Shown: one piece after another, positions 26,101-56,673 of the stretch | Layout: each line of letters opens with the position of its first letter | Numbering within the stretch: position 1 is the stretch's first letter | Source of the DNA: Antedon mediterranea | Lineage: Eukaryota > Animalia > Echinodermata | Assembly: GCF_964355755.1 (NCBI RefSeq) | Contig: NC_092677.1 | Span: forward strand, 27,391,175-27,455,174 | Length of the DNA stretch: 64,000 nt | Reading direction: 5' to 3' | Notes under the pieces: generated by a model | Told to the model about the DNA's origin: nothing | The model's input: only the letters and a program-made list of their open reading frames with translations | Database searches by the model: none | Made by a program: the position numbers and the translations under genes

Positions 26101-27015
26101 GACTGTATTTGGTGACACTGTACAGGCTATGGCTCTGGAGGCTGTCCAGACACCATGCAAATACTGTATGTACTGTAAGTGTAACCAGAACTAGGAAAAC
26201 CATCAATGTACTGTAAACATATGAAACAATTTTAAACACAAATACTGTAAATGTAGAGTTATAGTTTTGTTACCAATAACGTACTTGAACTTGTTAACAG
26301 GTCAATGATTTGTGAATGAGCTTATCAGCATATATTGTTATGAACTTATTTTAGTGCTTAAAGTTGCTTTGTTGTCCATATTGGATAGAAGCCAATAGAA
26401 ACACTAGCCACAACAAAGCCCCCTAAATGTTTGAAAATTGTAATGTAAAAGATAGGACATCAAATTAAGTTCAGCCATTCCTTTCACTACTTTTAGGCCC
26501 TGGGACCACTATTTCAAAATCATGTATCTGCTACTGAAACAAACCATAGAAATATTGTAAGTTCTAAAACTGTATACCTGTAACAGTAGTGGTATTAGTA
26601 AATATAAATCTTTAGCATGTTTCACATTTTGTGATTTTTTTTACCACATGATGAAATCCATAAAATCTCATGAACCTACATTATGTGATTATCATAAACA
26701 AACAACAATACATAATGACATACTGTATTTAACAGTGCTATGAGAGATCGGTATGTTTAACATTTAAATACTTATCGATAAGCAATCATATTGATTTAAA
26801 TCAGTAAATAGTGATATTACTTATCAGTACTTTGTTAAGATTAGTAATCAGATAAATGAGCTCCAGATGTGTTTAATCGTATACTGTATAGTATAACAAT
26901 AGCATAACATACAGAAATTCCATGGTTAAAACAAAGTTTGTCATGGATGAAAAAAGAAAATTTCACGTACCAATTTCTTAGGAATTATTCGTCGTTTTGG
27001 TCTCTGGCTTGCCAT
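2167..27015 (-). CDS. JARID2: JARID2 (Jumonji), PRC2.2 accessory subunit; about 19 coding exons
   Basis: Exon 1 at 27015-26971 reads [15 protein letters not shown]. Exon 2 at 17714-17098 reads [23 protein letters not shown] (UIM-like). 12303-12155 reads [22 protein letters not shown]...[14 protein letters not shown] (K116 motif). JmjN APVLYP...[13 protein letters not shown] is near 9570-9700. [12 protein letters not shown]...[14 protein letters not shown] is at 7475-7352. JmjC ...[12 protein letters not shown] and ...[12 protein letters not shown] lie at 4645-3742. The C5HC2 finger [12 protein letters not shown]|VVQE...LKLMYRY is at ~3095-2642. Stop TAG is at 2167-2169. All motifs match JARID2 specifically. 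Confidence 0.95.
2387..2501. mobile_element. MITE family A, copy 1 (PIF/Harbinger-like)
   Basis: TIR AGCTCTGTCTACACTATCAAA ... TTTGATAGTGTAGACAGAGCT with internal GCCCAAATATGGTAGT. Family members are flanked by TAA/TTA. Confidence 0.9.
4274..4398. mobile_element. MITE family A, copy 2 (right TIR decayed)
   Basis: Left TIR and body match the family consensus. Confidence 0.85.
5619..5744. mobile_element. MITE family A, copy 3
   Basis: Both TIRs present; TAA on both flanks. Confidence 0.9.
7194..7340. repeat. 81-bp-period direct duplication in a JARID2 intron
   Basis: CAGTACTAGGTGAC...CTCAATTCCAAA at 7194 and 7275. Confidence 0.93.
11911..12050. mobile_element. MITE family A, copy 4 (reverse orientation)
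   Basis: Both TIRs present; body is the reverse complement. Confidence 0.9.
15583..15750 (+). mobile_element. tRNA-derived SINE (Gly-TCC-like head)
   Basis: A box TAGCTCTGTGG, GCCTTCCAA anticodon-like loop, B box GGTTCAATTC. Head and non-tRNA body are shared with 55324-55497. Confidence 0.8.
16535..17043 (-). mobile_element. Deu-domain-like SINE fragment with an internal minisatellite expansion
   Basis: The minus strand TAAAGAACCTAGTATATCTTTCGAAACGAGTAGGCGTTACCCCGGTGTACTAG resembles the Deu-domain core, as recalled from AmnSINE1-type consensus sequences. A LINE-like tail GGGCCCTCTTGGAGAATAG...CCCAG...AATAAATAATAAA follows. Confidence 0.6.
16587..16964. repeat. 25-bp minisatellite (GAGGGCCCAGTGTACTGTATATGAT), about 15 copies
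   Basis: Perfect tandem copies. Confidence 0.97.
17993..18286. repeat. 68-bp tandem repeat, about 4.3 copies
   Basis: Units start at 17993, 18061, 18129, 18197 and 18265. The unit includes AGGGCCGTAGCCAGCATGAGG, which also occurs singly at ~54917. Confidence 0.97.
19085..19245. mobile_element. MITE family A, copy 5, carrying four CTGTA/CAGTA insertions
   Basis: Matches the consensus except for 5-bp insertions after TA at 19096-19105 (two), 19151-19155 and 19164-19168. Confidence 0.9.
19652..19935. mobile_element. MITE family B (a related copy lies at ~35309-35528)
   Basis: TIRs TACCCCTTTTCACA / TGTGAAAGAGGTA and internal inverted TTTTTGCTA/TAGCAAAAA motifs. The second copy ends TGTGAAAAGGGGTA. 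Confidence 0.55.
23715..24170. repeat. Degenerate ~150-170-bp tandem repeat, 3 copies
   Basis: TAGGTTTTGGCTA...AATGTGTTACTGACT...GAATATTAAAATACTGA recurs at ~23719, 23888 and 24033. Confidence 0.85.
24948..24987 (-). ncRNA. Minimal hammerhead ribozyme in JARID2 intron 1 (probable old PLE remnant)
   Basis: The minus strand reads AUUC-CUGAUGA-U-GAUC(aaauaaa)GAUC-GAAA-CGUU-UGAAU. Confidence 0.7.
25300..25760. repeat. Degenerate ~170-bp tandem repeat, about 3 copies
   Basis: AACATCT...GGATAT...GCTAT(A/G)AAA...TTTGGAT...ATACAGACA recurs three times. Confidence 0.7.
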
Positions 27016-27918
27016 TCTTCTTTATATTCCAATCATTACAAGGTAAAATTCCAAGGTAAAACGTCCTAAAAAATTACGAAAAATATGTATTTTCATAACA
27101 AATTTAGGAAATTATGGTTTTATGGTTAAATTTGTTGATTCTGCTCAATGCAAAACAACATTACAAAATATTTCTACCTAAAAATAGATGTCTAGATGTT
27201 TCTGTGCAAAAACAAGAAAACAGAGAGAGATGTTGATCGATATCTATTTTTGTGTCCAATTTCCCCATGGACACAATGAGACAGAATAATTAATAAAAAA
27301 TAAAAGAACAGTACAAAAACAGTGTGAGGGGGTGAATCCCGGCAGACGATCTTTGAACTTGTGAACTTATCTGTTGGTAAACAAAATTAAATGATTAAAA
27401 TCGGATCAAAATAACAAAATACGTACAAACAATCAAAAACGGAAATAGTTTGGTGTAATATGCATGTAAAAATATCTTTCATTCATAGGGATTCCGTTGG
27501 TTTATTCCCCATTTACCACTAACTTGAACGTTAGCCAATAACTTGGCCATCACCGCCAAACACACACGAGACACTCACCGCAAAACACACAACAAATCCC
27601 TCTCAGCTGCTTCCACAAGCCTGGTAATTGGTTCGTCCCTTTAAAAAAAATTGGCAAGCTCAGGGAAGACCGGTTAGTTTATTGTGTCAAAACTACTTAG
27701 CATCGATGATAATTTACAAACACCTGTGTGAAAGTTATATGACTTACATCCAAAAACCAAGTGTTACTGCATGTCAATAAAACTTCCTTCAAATAAAACG
27801 AAAAACTTGGAGAGAAAATTAGTCTTCTGAACAAAGAAAATCAAATATTCTCGCCATTTAGTCCATGTGCTCCGAAGCTACTGCGCAGTTTATGTATAGC
27901 GCCACCATAATAAACAGT

Positions 27919-30900
27919 ATGGCGGGGGAAAGTTTGTGGATCAAAATAAATGTTTTCTATTTATTTTTGTTGATTAGCTTGTGTTCATCAATTTCGGATG
28001 TCTTTAATGAAGAGTTACTTATAAAACCATTACCGTCTGGTCATGTATATTCACATTTTCAATTCACAACTAAATGGGACGTTGATATACTGAGAGGAGA
28101 GAAGCGTAAGTTTGCTAGGCTAGTCTATCAGCTGATAGAGCATGATGATTCGGAATGTGTAGGGAGAAAGAATAATATCACCCTGGTTTGAGAGAATATT
28201 GTACAACAGGAAGTGATCACTAGGATTTTTGTTAGTAGTATTTAAAAATGTTAAATAAATAAAACTGAAAATAAAGGTAGTAAAACTAGATAAATAATAA
28301 AAATATCCTACTTAGCCTAAATTGTTTACTTTTGTTTTTTAATTAAACAATTTTTTAAAATTTTAATGAATTTATTATTTTAAAAAATTGGTTTTTTTTT
28401 ACAGTGGAACACTACAACCTTTTCCCGAAAACACTTGGACAAATAATAAACAAATACTCGGTACAGGAACTACACCTGTCGCTGACACAAAGTCTCTGGC
28501 GTACTAATGCATGGGGTTACCCAGCAACAGCCGCCCCTCCTGGGGCTGAAATATGGGTGTGGTTTAAAAAGTCCACAAGGAAGTATGATAATGATTTCAA
28601 TATAATACATTTATTTTTTGAATAACATTCAAGCAATTTGAAACATTCAAGCAAGTAAAAATATAAAAAGTTTTTGTTTGATTGCACCACATTGTTTTGG
28701 AAGTGCCTCCGTTCTGGTGAACTATTCAAAATAAATAAACTACAGTTTATGCCTATCAGTGTATTTATTCAAAATTTGCTCTTAAAGAGTACACAAGGAA
28801 AGTACACAATATAAACATTTTATTTTACATGCACAGACAACAAACAAATAATAAAAAAAAGCAAATATTTCAGAGAAGAGTACATTCAACCACTATAATA
28901 TTATAAACAGTGTTTATCCATACCATTCAACAGTGTATCATATGAACCAAAACCCTTTTTTTGTTACCAGCATTGATGAGGTTTGGTCTGGATTAGTGAA
29001 TGCCTTATCAGGACAATTCTGTGCCTCCCTCAATGTGATCGATGCAAGAAATAGTGTTCAGCCACAGTTGTCATTTAAACCAGAAGGAATTGTTCCTGGT
29101 AAGTACTTACTTACTTGATGCCTGGTATTTCATTGGAGAGACCTCTCAATCAATCGGCAATGAGGAGAATATCACCGGAGAAAACTTTAAATTGGTGTTA
29201 CTATTGAAAACTATGATTCAAAATATGAGTTTCTTAAATGTTTATTTTTCTCTGGTTTTTATTCATAGAGGGATATCCCAGTGATTCAAGATTACTACGT
29301 TATGCTTCATTGCCTCGAGAAAATGTATGCACTGAAAACTTGACACCGTGGAAGAAGTTACTCCCCTGCAACTCAATGGTATGATCCAGGAGAATAGTCT
29401 AGTTCATTTGAGAGTTGCGATTAGATGATGGAAATTATGTTTAATTGTTGTATATATTACTGTATTTTCTTGAACAATAGATAAATGAAAGGCTCTAAAT
29501 ATTGTGAATAGTGCGTAACTTTAATAAATAAAATGATAAACAATATTGAGACTCCTTTTCCATGGTCGAAGTTAAACCTAGCAGTTCTTTATCTGTAGAT
29601 TATATGCTTCCATTTACTATTACTGATTGTTACTAACAACATATATTCAATCTTTTAGGCTGGTTTAGGGGCTCTTTTCCACGCTACCCAGCTGTACAAC
29701 GCCAACTACCATTCACTGGCTATACACATCCGTCCTGTGTGTCGTAACAAAACATGCTCACAGTCATCAGTTGAGCTAAGCCAGTCATTAGCTGTTGTAA
29801 TAGATCCAACTCTCAGTAAACAGCAGAAGTCCCCAGGCTGGTCATTCAAGACGTTGTTTGGGAAAACCATTCAAGGAGGCTGCCCTCTAGCGGCCACAAG
29901 TGTAGCATTCGTCGATGTTAGCATGAATTCTGTAAGAAATCAACTTAATTTATAAAAGTACACAAATATACTTTGTGTAGTTCGCAGTATGTTTTGATGA
30001 GTTTATAAAACAAGAACATTTTTTTTTAGATTTTGAGCTTTTAAATTTTAAATGAAAAATATGTTGTAAATACTTTTTCAGAGCTCAAATCTTCTAAAAA
30101 TTTCTCCTGATCCAACTGAAGTCATATTTACGACTCGAGGCGGCGATTCACGGAAATACGCCATGTACGATCTCCACAAACAAAACGCAAAATTCAATAT
30201 AGAATTAAAAATTCTAAACAATAACAAAAAAGGTATGAAAACTATATTAAGTGAATTTTAAATTAAAATTATTCTGATTGGCGACAGAATTAACTTGAAA
30301 TCTACACTTATTTCACATCTAAATTTTTGTTTTAGTACAACCTGTTCCACCCACGGTGTATGGACAGAAATACCTAACAGGCTATGGTCAAGAGAAAGGG
30401 GGATTTTCCAGTGTACTGCACAACAATCACCCTACCAAGTCGGTCAGGGTCATCTATCTTGACATCATCCCCTGGTATATGCGCCTCTATCTACACACTC
30501 TGAAGATCACAAACTCTGTGAAGACTATTAAAACAGGTACGAATGCTATTGGTTGCTAGGAAGTTTGTTTATCATAGTGAAGGGGCATTATTTTTATTAT
30601 TATTATTTTTATTTATTATAAATGAAGTATGAATAATAAATAATAATAATAACATTGTATATTAAATTTTCAGAAAAGCTTTTGTATACTTCTGGAAAGG
30701 ATCGAACCAAACCGTACGAACTTGAAATTCAGCTGACGTTACCACCCCGCTCTACCACTACTATCAGTATGCAATTTGATAAAGCGTTTCTGAAATGGAC
30801 AGAACATCCTCCCGATGCCAACATAGGCTTCTACACCAGGTACTGTATGTACTCTCTGGCTGACATTGAAATATATTATACCATAATTAAGTCAACAATA

Positions 30901-31738
30901 GATTTCTGAAATTATTAAATTACAAATCCTATATGATTTTTATGTACAATCCTGTGTTGTTTAATAATATACTCTTTATGTTGCACTTAAATTATTTGAA
31001 TGATTTCTATAAAATGTGTTCTATTGCTAAGGCTATTGTGCTATTCCCTAAACATTAATACAGTATTTTAAATCTACTTACTATTTTAATGTTAATAGTA
31101 TATTCCCAGCCTTCCCTACGATCCATTTAATACTACTGTGTCTTGTTTATATTACTAGTTCTGCTATCATAAGTACTATGTTGATGTCAGCGGACAACAT
31201 CACCTCTCCTGAACATCATACAGCACTGCTAACACCAAGGTAAATGATGCATGAATTTCAAAAGCAGTCTACTTTGCCTTTCATATACAATATGATCAGG
31301 TTTCTAAATCATTTTTGTGTTGCTGTGGATTAATGATGGATGTATTTGTTTTTGTCAATTTATGCAACCAAATAAAAAAAAAAAATTGTTTGTTTACATT
31401 TCAGTATAAGAAATCCACGAGAATCGGAATTCTTTCTGCGCATTTACACCGAAGGCTTATTGGTCCAATTGCCATTACCAGACTTCAGTATGCCTTACAA
31501 CGTTATCTGTCTCACGTGTACCGTGGTCGCAATAGCTTTTGGTTCAATGCACAATCTAACAACGCGGCAAATCGTCCGCGATGATTCAACCAATGTTGGT
31601 TTAAAAGAAAAAATGAAAAACTTCTTCTCTTCTAAAATCAAGAAATATTTATCTAAAAATAGGAAATCAAATGAAAAAGAGGCTAAAATAAGTAATGAAG
31701 ATAGTGATATAGTTGATGATAAAAAGATAGTTAAATGA
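27919..31738 (+). CDS. PIGT: GPI transamidase component PIG-T; multi-exon
   Basis: Signal peptide, then [32 protein letters not shown]...[84 protein letters not shown], and a lysine-rich C-terminal tail. GT-AG boundaries throughout. Confidence 0.96.
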
Positions 31739-31874
31739 CACAAGCAACATGAACACCAGTTGTAAAAACATTATTTGAAAGGTATACAAGAGAGGGCCTA
31801 GACACAGGTGTGTCCAGCGAAATAATTGATTTACTGACCATGAAAGAAGTGAAATGAAGTAGTGGAATATGTGT

Positions 31875-32200
31875 ACCTGAACATTTCAGGGACAAGGCTT
31901 CTCACATTTTTCAACATCTGCAGGATTCAGAACGGTGTAAGGTCCTCGCTAAGGCGGAATGCTTCTGGATTCTGCAGATTCCGCTTTCAAACTTAAGGTC
32001 AAGGAAGCCTTGAACAAACAAATCTATAACTTAGGCGTCACACTTGCCATATGATTGGCTGTTGCCTACATTCCTTCTTGTTTTATTATGCTAATTACTT
32101 ATTCACTTACATACATATGTCCTATTGGTATATAAGCACTCTAGGCGTTGTTTACTGTTCTGATGATGAGAATAGTTTCTCGAAACATGTCACATTTACA
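31875..32200 (+). mobile_element. Degenerate Penelope-like 3' remnant downstream of the PIGT stop
   Basis: Broken translation EHFRDKASHIFQHLQDSERC...CFWIL...FKLKVKEALNKQ resembles the C-terminus of a PLE endonuclease. It is followed by ATTGG and TATATAA boxes and a hammerhead. Confidence 0.7.
32156..32194 (+). ncRNA. Minimal hammerhead ribozyme
   Basis: UGUU-CUGAUGA-U-GAGAA(uagu)UUCUC-GAAA-CAUG-UC-ACA: perfect core and helix II, palindromic CAUG helix III, weak helix I. Confidence 0.75.
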
Positions 32201-33573
32201 TTTTAAGGCAGTTTGCCTCGCTATAGTTACCTTAACGTGTATACATTTGTAATAAAAGACCACCATGGAGACCCTTGCTCACAAAAGTTTGTGTTTGAGT
32301 ACTTGGTCATCCTCAATTTCTATAACTATGCAATAATCAGCAAGTTTGCGGCAGTATTTGTGCCAAAAATATTATACTTTTCAAGCTGCTTAGTGGTCAG
32401 TAAAATTCCAATACAATGTTGTTAGTGAATTTGGTGGGAAAATAAACATTTTGAGATTAAAAGTGTATTTTGTGATACTTTAGTATTGTTTAATGAGTAC
32501 AAAGATATAAATACAGCAACATCTTCTAATTATCAGATTCCACTTGGAATTTGTGGAACTAATATTAAAAGCAATTTTTCGCAACTTACACAATGCTTAC
32601 ATCCTACTGGGATAAGAGCTTGCGATCAAGCTACTACGTCATGTTAGTTCATTGTGTGCATGTCCAGATATTGCTCCTCACATCGACATCACATTGATTG
32701 TTGCCGCAAATCAAAAACTCTATTACCATCAACAAGAGGACCAATGACAGACACGCTTACCTTATTTACAAATTTTAAGTTTTATTACAAAGCGAGAGAT
32801 AAGACCACTCACATTTCAAAAGTATTTTTTTCAAAGCAAAAAAAATATCTGAATATAGTTCACAAATTTGTTACAACTGAATGTCATAGTATCAATACTG
32901 TCCACTCATTATAATACAGTTTCCCTTATAAGGCAATATACAACACATAAACTGCAATATTAAATTTATTTTTTTTAACCAAAAAATTAATCCAGACTTT
33001 TTATTCATTCAGTATTGTCCCACATTTACTAGCAAAAATCATACAAAACCCCAAACATTTCAGAGAAAAACAAATTTTGCTTTCCAAAGAATATATAATT
33101 TGAAAATTTAGGTGTTACAGCAAATATAAAAATAATAACATTTTACATGTTTAGAAATTATGTGTTTGAACTATACTTCAATGAACTGTTGCTGCAAAAT
33201 ATTTTCAGAGATTTTTTAATTTATCATACAAAATGTTACACAGATCCACAATCTAACTGTTTAATAGAAAAACAGAGTTGAATATTCAAATATATTGGAC
33301 ATTGACTAAATATTTACAAGTCTCTTTCCAATTAAAACCATTCCAAAGACCAACACTGACCAATAAGACGATTAAATCAAATTAATCTATGAATTCATAA
33401 TTTGTGTTTCATATTTTCATAAGAGTGTGCCCGGTCCGGTTTAGAGTTTCCCCGATCCGGTTTAGTTTTTAACCTATAAACCCAACTGTCCCAGGAACAT
33501 AATTAAGTCTGTATTGACAATGAGTGTATGTTTACTGAATCCCTGAAAGCAGTTGCTCTTATTCATGTTCTTA

Positions 33574-47136
<13,563 letters not shown>

Positions 47137-47384
47137 TTTGCGACTAAATCACAGCGCAAAATTGTGAGGAAAAATGAATTTCTTTGACGATAAAGGAATC
47201 TGATCCTTGTAGTAAAATGGCGCGAGACTCCACCACACTCTCACGTTTAAATAGCTATGCCGCCCTCTGTTGGCAAACGCAAAGTTTGTGGTTTTTTAAT
47301 AGATCACACGCCATGATGAGAGGTGGTCATTGTTTTATTTTGAGGGGTAACATATTAAATTAAGGGGTATTTTTATAACAAAAA
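47137..47384. promoter_or_regulatory. Compact bidirectional promoter of SPT16 and PDRG1
   Basis: Only 248 bp separate the divergent ATGs. YY1-like AAAATGGCG is at 47214-47222 and CTCF-like GCCGCCCTCTGTTGGC is at 47259-47274. Confidence 0.65.
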
Positions 47385-49628
47385 ATGGCATTCGATACAC
47401 AGACAGTAATTAGACATTTTAGTGAGTTGGAGGAATTGGCTGAAGATATACTGAGCGATAAGCACCAGGTACTTGTGTACACTGACTGAGTAGTCTTACT
47501 TGGAGTTAGATCTTATTCCTAAAGATTGATGTTGCATGATGTACTGTACAGTATTACAAATATGGAAAAATTATTGTAGTACAGCATTATAATAATATTA
47601 CTCTGGTATTCATCAGTTCATACAGCCAAGCTAATGATGGACAGGGGTATTAAGTAATCAGGCAATCAACGGCATAAATCCTCCAGTGGGGAATACATTA
47701 TTGAGGGTATTTAATTCAGGTCGACCACCTTAACATCCTAACTGAAGGACGAAGCAATACAAGTATTAAAATTGAGCATCTTGCATAAGAAATGATCCCC
47801 CGAAACTGCTACTGGATCATTGCTGGTTCTATTCCCAATGGGCAATGATGTATTGAGGGTAAACATTCTCCTGGTTTAGTGCACCTAAGGGGCTCTTCTT
47901 CAATGCTGGGTTTTTTTCTTGGGTCTTGTTGCGGGGGGATCTTGGTTTAACAAGTGAGCGCTCATAGCTGTTACGCCACTGAATATGATGTAGTGTTGAC
48001 TTCTTTGAAATATAGGTTGTTGAGCTGGACAAGAAACGGAACAAGAACAGGGAAGCCATTAGAGCATTAAGTAATATAAAAATTGAAAACAGCAAAACCA
48101 AGAAAGGTAATAGAGATGAGTGAAATGAGATGAGTGAAATGAGATGAGTGAAATGAGACGAGTGAAATGAGACGAGTGAAATGAGACGAGTGAAATGAGA
48201 CGAGTGAAATGAGACGAGTGAAATGAGACGAGTGAAATGAGACGAGTGAAATGAGACGAGTGAAATGAGACGAGTGAAATGAGACGAGTGAAATGAGACG
48301 AGTGAAATGAGACGAGTGAAATGAGACGAGTGAAATGAGACGAGTGAAATGAGACGAGTGAAATGAGACGAGTGAAATGAGACGAGTGAAATGAGACGAG
48401 TGAAATGAGACGAGTGAAATGAGACGAGTGAAATGAGACGAGTGAAATGAGACGAGTGAAATGTAGCAAATTATTATTATGACTTCACTTTAAGCTCAAG
48501 CTGTCTACACTATCAAAATTATGTGGCAAAAGAAAGTGATGTACCCATATATGGACACGATGATGTCATATCACTACCATATTTGGGCACACCACACTTT
48601 TTTTACCACTAGTTTGATAGTGTAAACAGAGCTTTAGACAAGTCAAATTTGAAGTTATGTATTTTATAAATACATTTATTCTAAATTTTCCTAAATGTTC
48701 TCCAACTTGTGTTAGTAGGTCTAGAAGGAGTGCAACAACATATCTAGAAGAGGTCCTGGAATGCAAAACTTGTCAGTAAATGCTAAAGAAATATATTTAC
48801 ACTCTTTTTTATCTTGTTTTGTTTAGAGAAGAATGTATGGGTTTGCTTTGGTAATATGTTTCTTAAAATGCCTGTAGCAGCGACACAGCAAGTACTTATT
48901 GAGGGTAAGCATTACGTTTATTATCTCCACAATATCCCTTTGAGACCATAGGCGGATCTAAGGGATACTTTGCCCCAGACAGCCTGAGTTTTGGACATTG
49001 CAATTTCAAACCATTAAGTTTATTATCTCCACAGTATGATTATTGTATTATAAGCAAGTGTAGAAGAAGAATCATCACCCCTCAATTTTGGGCATCGCAA
49101 TGTAAAAGATATGTTCATCTGCCATCCACAATCAAAAGCTTGCCAGACTATCTTGAAGCCAAATTCAACATTTCTTTGATATTCTCCCCCATTGACACAT
49201 TTTTTATCACCATTTTCTTTTATTCAGATCAAAAACAACTTGATGCAGGGATAGATGAACTTCGAAATGGGATGAAACCAAAGGTTGCCAGGCTGAGAGA
49301 TATGGAAGGTAGTATTAAAACAGCTTTGTTACAACCTTTTGATTTTATAAATTTTATTTATAGTCTTTGTGATGTGAGGCCCCTGGTTTAGGGACCCCAA
49401 GTGGCCCTCCAACGCTGGAGGCTTCGTAGTTTTTAGCTTTTTTCGACATATTTTAATGCCTGTTTTTTCCTCTGGTCCATCCATAAGCTCCGAGACCCCT
49501 GGCCAATTATGCCATTGTGTTACTGATTTTATACTATCTCTTTTGCTTTATTTTTAGGAGAAAACGAAGCAAAAGGATTTGATTTACAGTCACTTAGTAA
49601 AGAAGATCTGAAAACGGTTTACAGTTGA
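47385..49628 (+). CDS. PDRG1: p53 and DNA damage-regulated protein 1 (prefoldin-like); 5 exons at 47385-47468, 48016-48106, 48827-48904, 49228-49308, 49558-49628
   Basis: The spliced frame reads MAFDTQTVIRHFSELEELAEDILSDKHQ|VVELDKKRNKNREAIRAL...VWVCFGNMFLKMP...DQKQLDAGIDELR...KGFDLQSLSKEDLK. It is not in the ORF track; it was assembled through canonical splice sites. Confidence 0.93.
48112..48463. repeat. 14-bp minisatellite (GAGACGAGTGAAAT), about 25 copies, starting just after the PDRG1 exon 2 donor
   Basis: Near-perfect tandem array; the first units carry a C>T variant. Confidence 0.97.
48499..48633. mobile_element. MITE family A, copy 9
   Basis: Both TIRs; reverse orientation. Confidence 0.88.
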
Positions 49629-49942
49629 TAGGTATGAATGGCGGCATGTTGGAGAGTAGTCAAGACAGATACTGGGTTTTAAACAAACAAAATGCAATCG
49701 ATGTCTTTTTATTAAAATATCTATCAACAGAAGAATTTATATTAAATGTTTACAAAATATTTACATTCTATTCAAAGTAGTCTTGTGTGACTAAACAAAA
49801 TGGAAATGTTGGTGCGGGTCCAGTATTTGTGTCCGTATATGTGTACAAGACCATTATAGGAGCAACGTTGTTATTGATGTGATTCGGCTGTCAATAAATC
49901 AATATCAATCATGGAGAGAATAATGATTTTTGGTGAAGCTCT

Positions 49943-56673
<6,731 letters not shown>

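Noticed and set aside
48059-48469. 136-aa repetitive ORF
   Set aside because: It is the translation of the 14-bp minisatellite.
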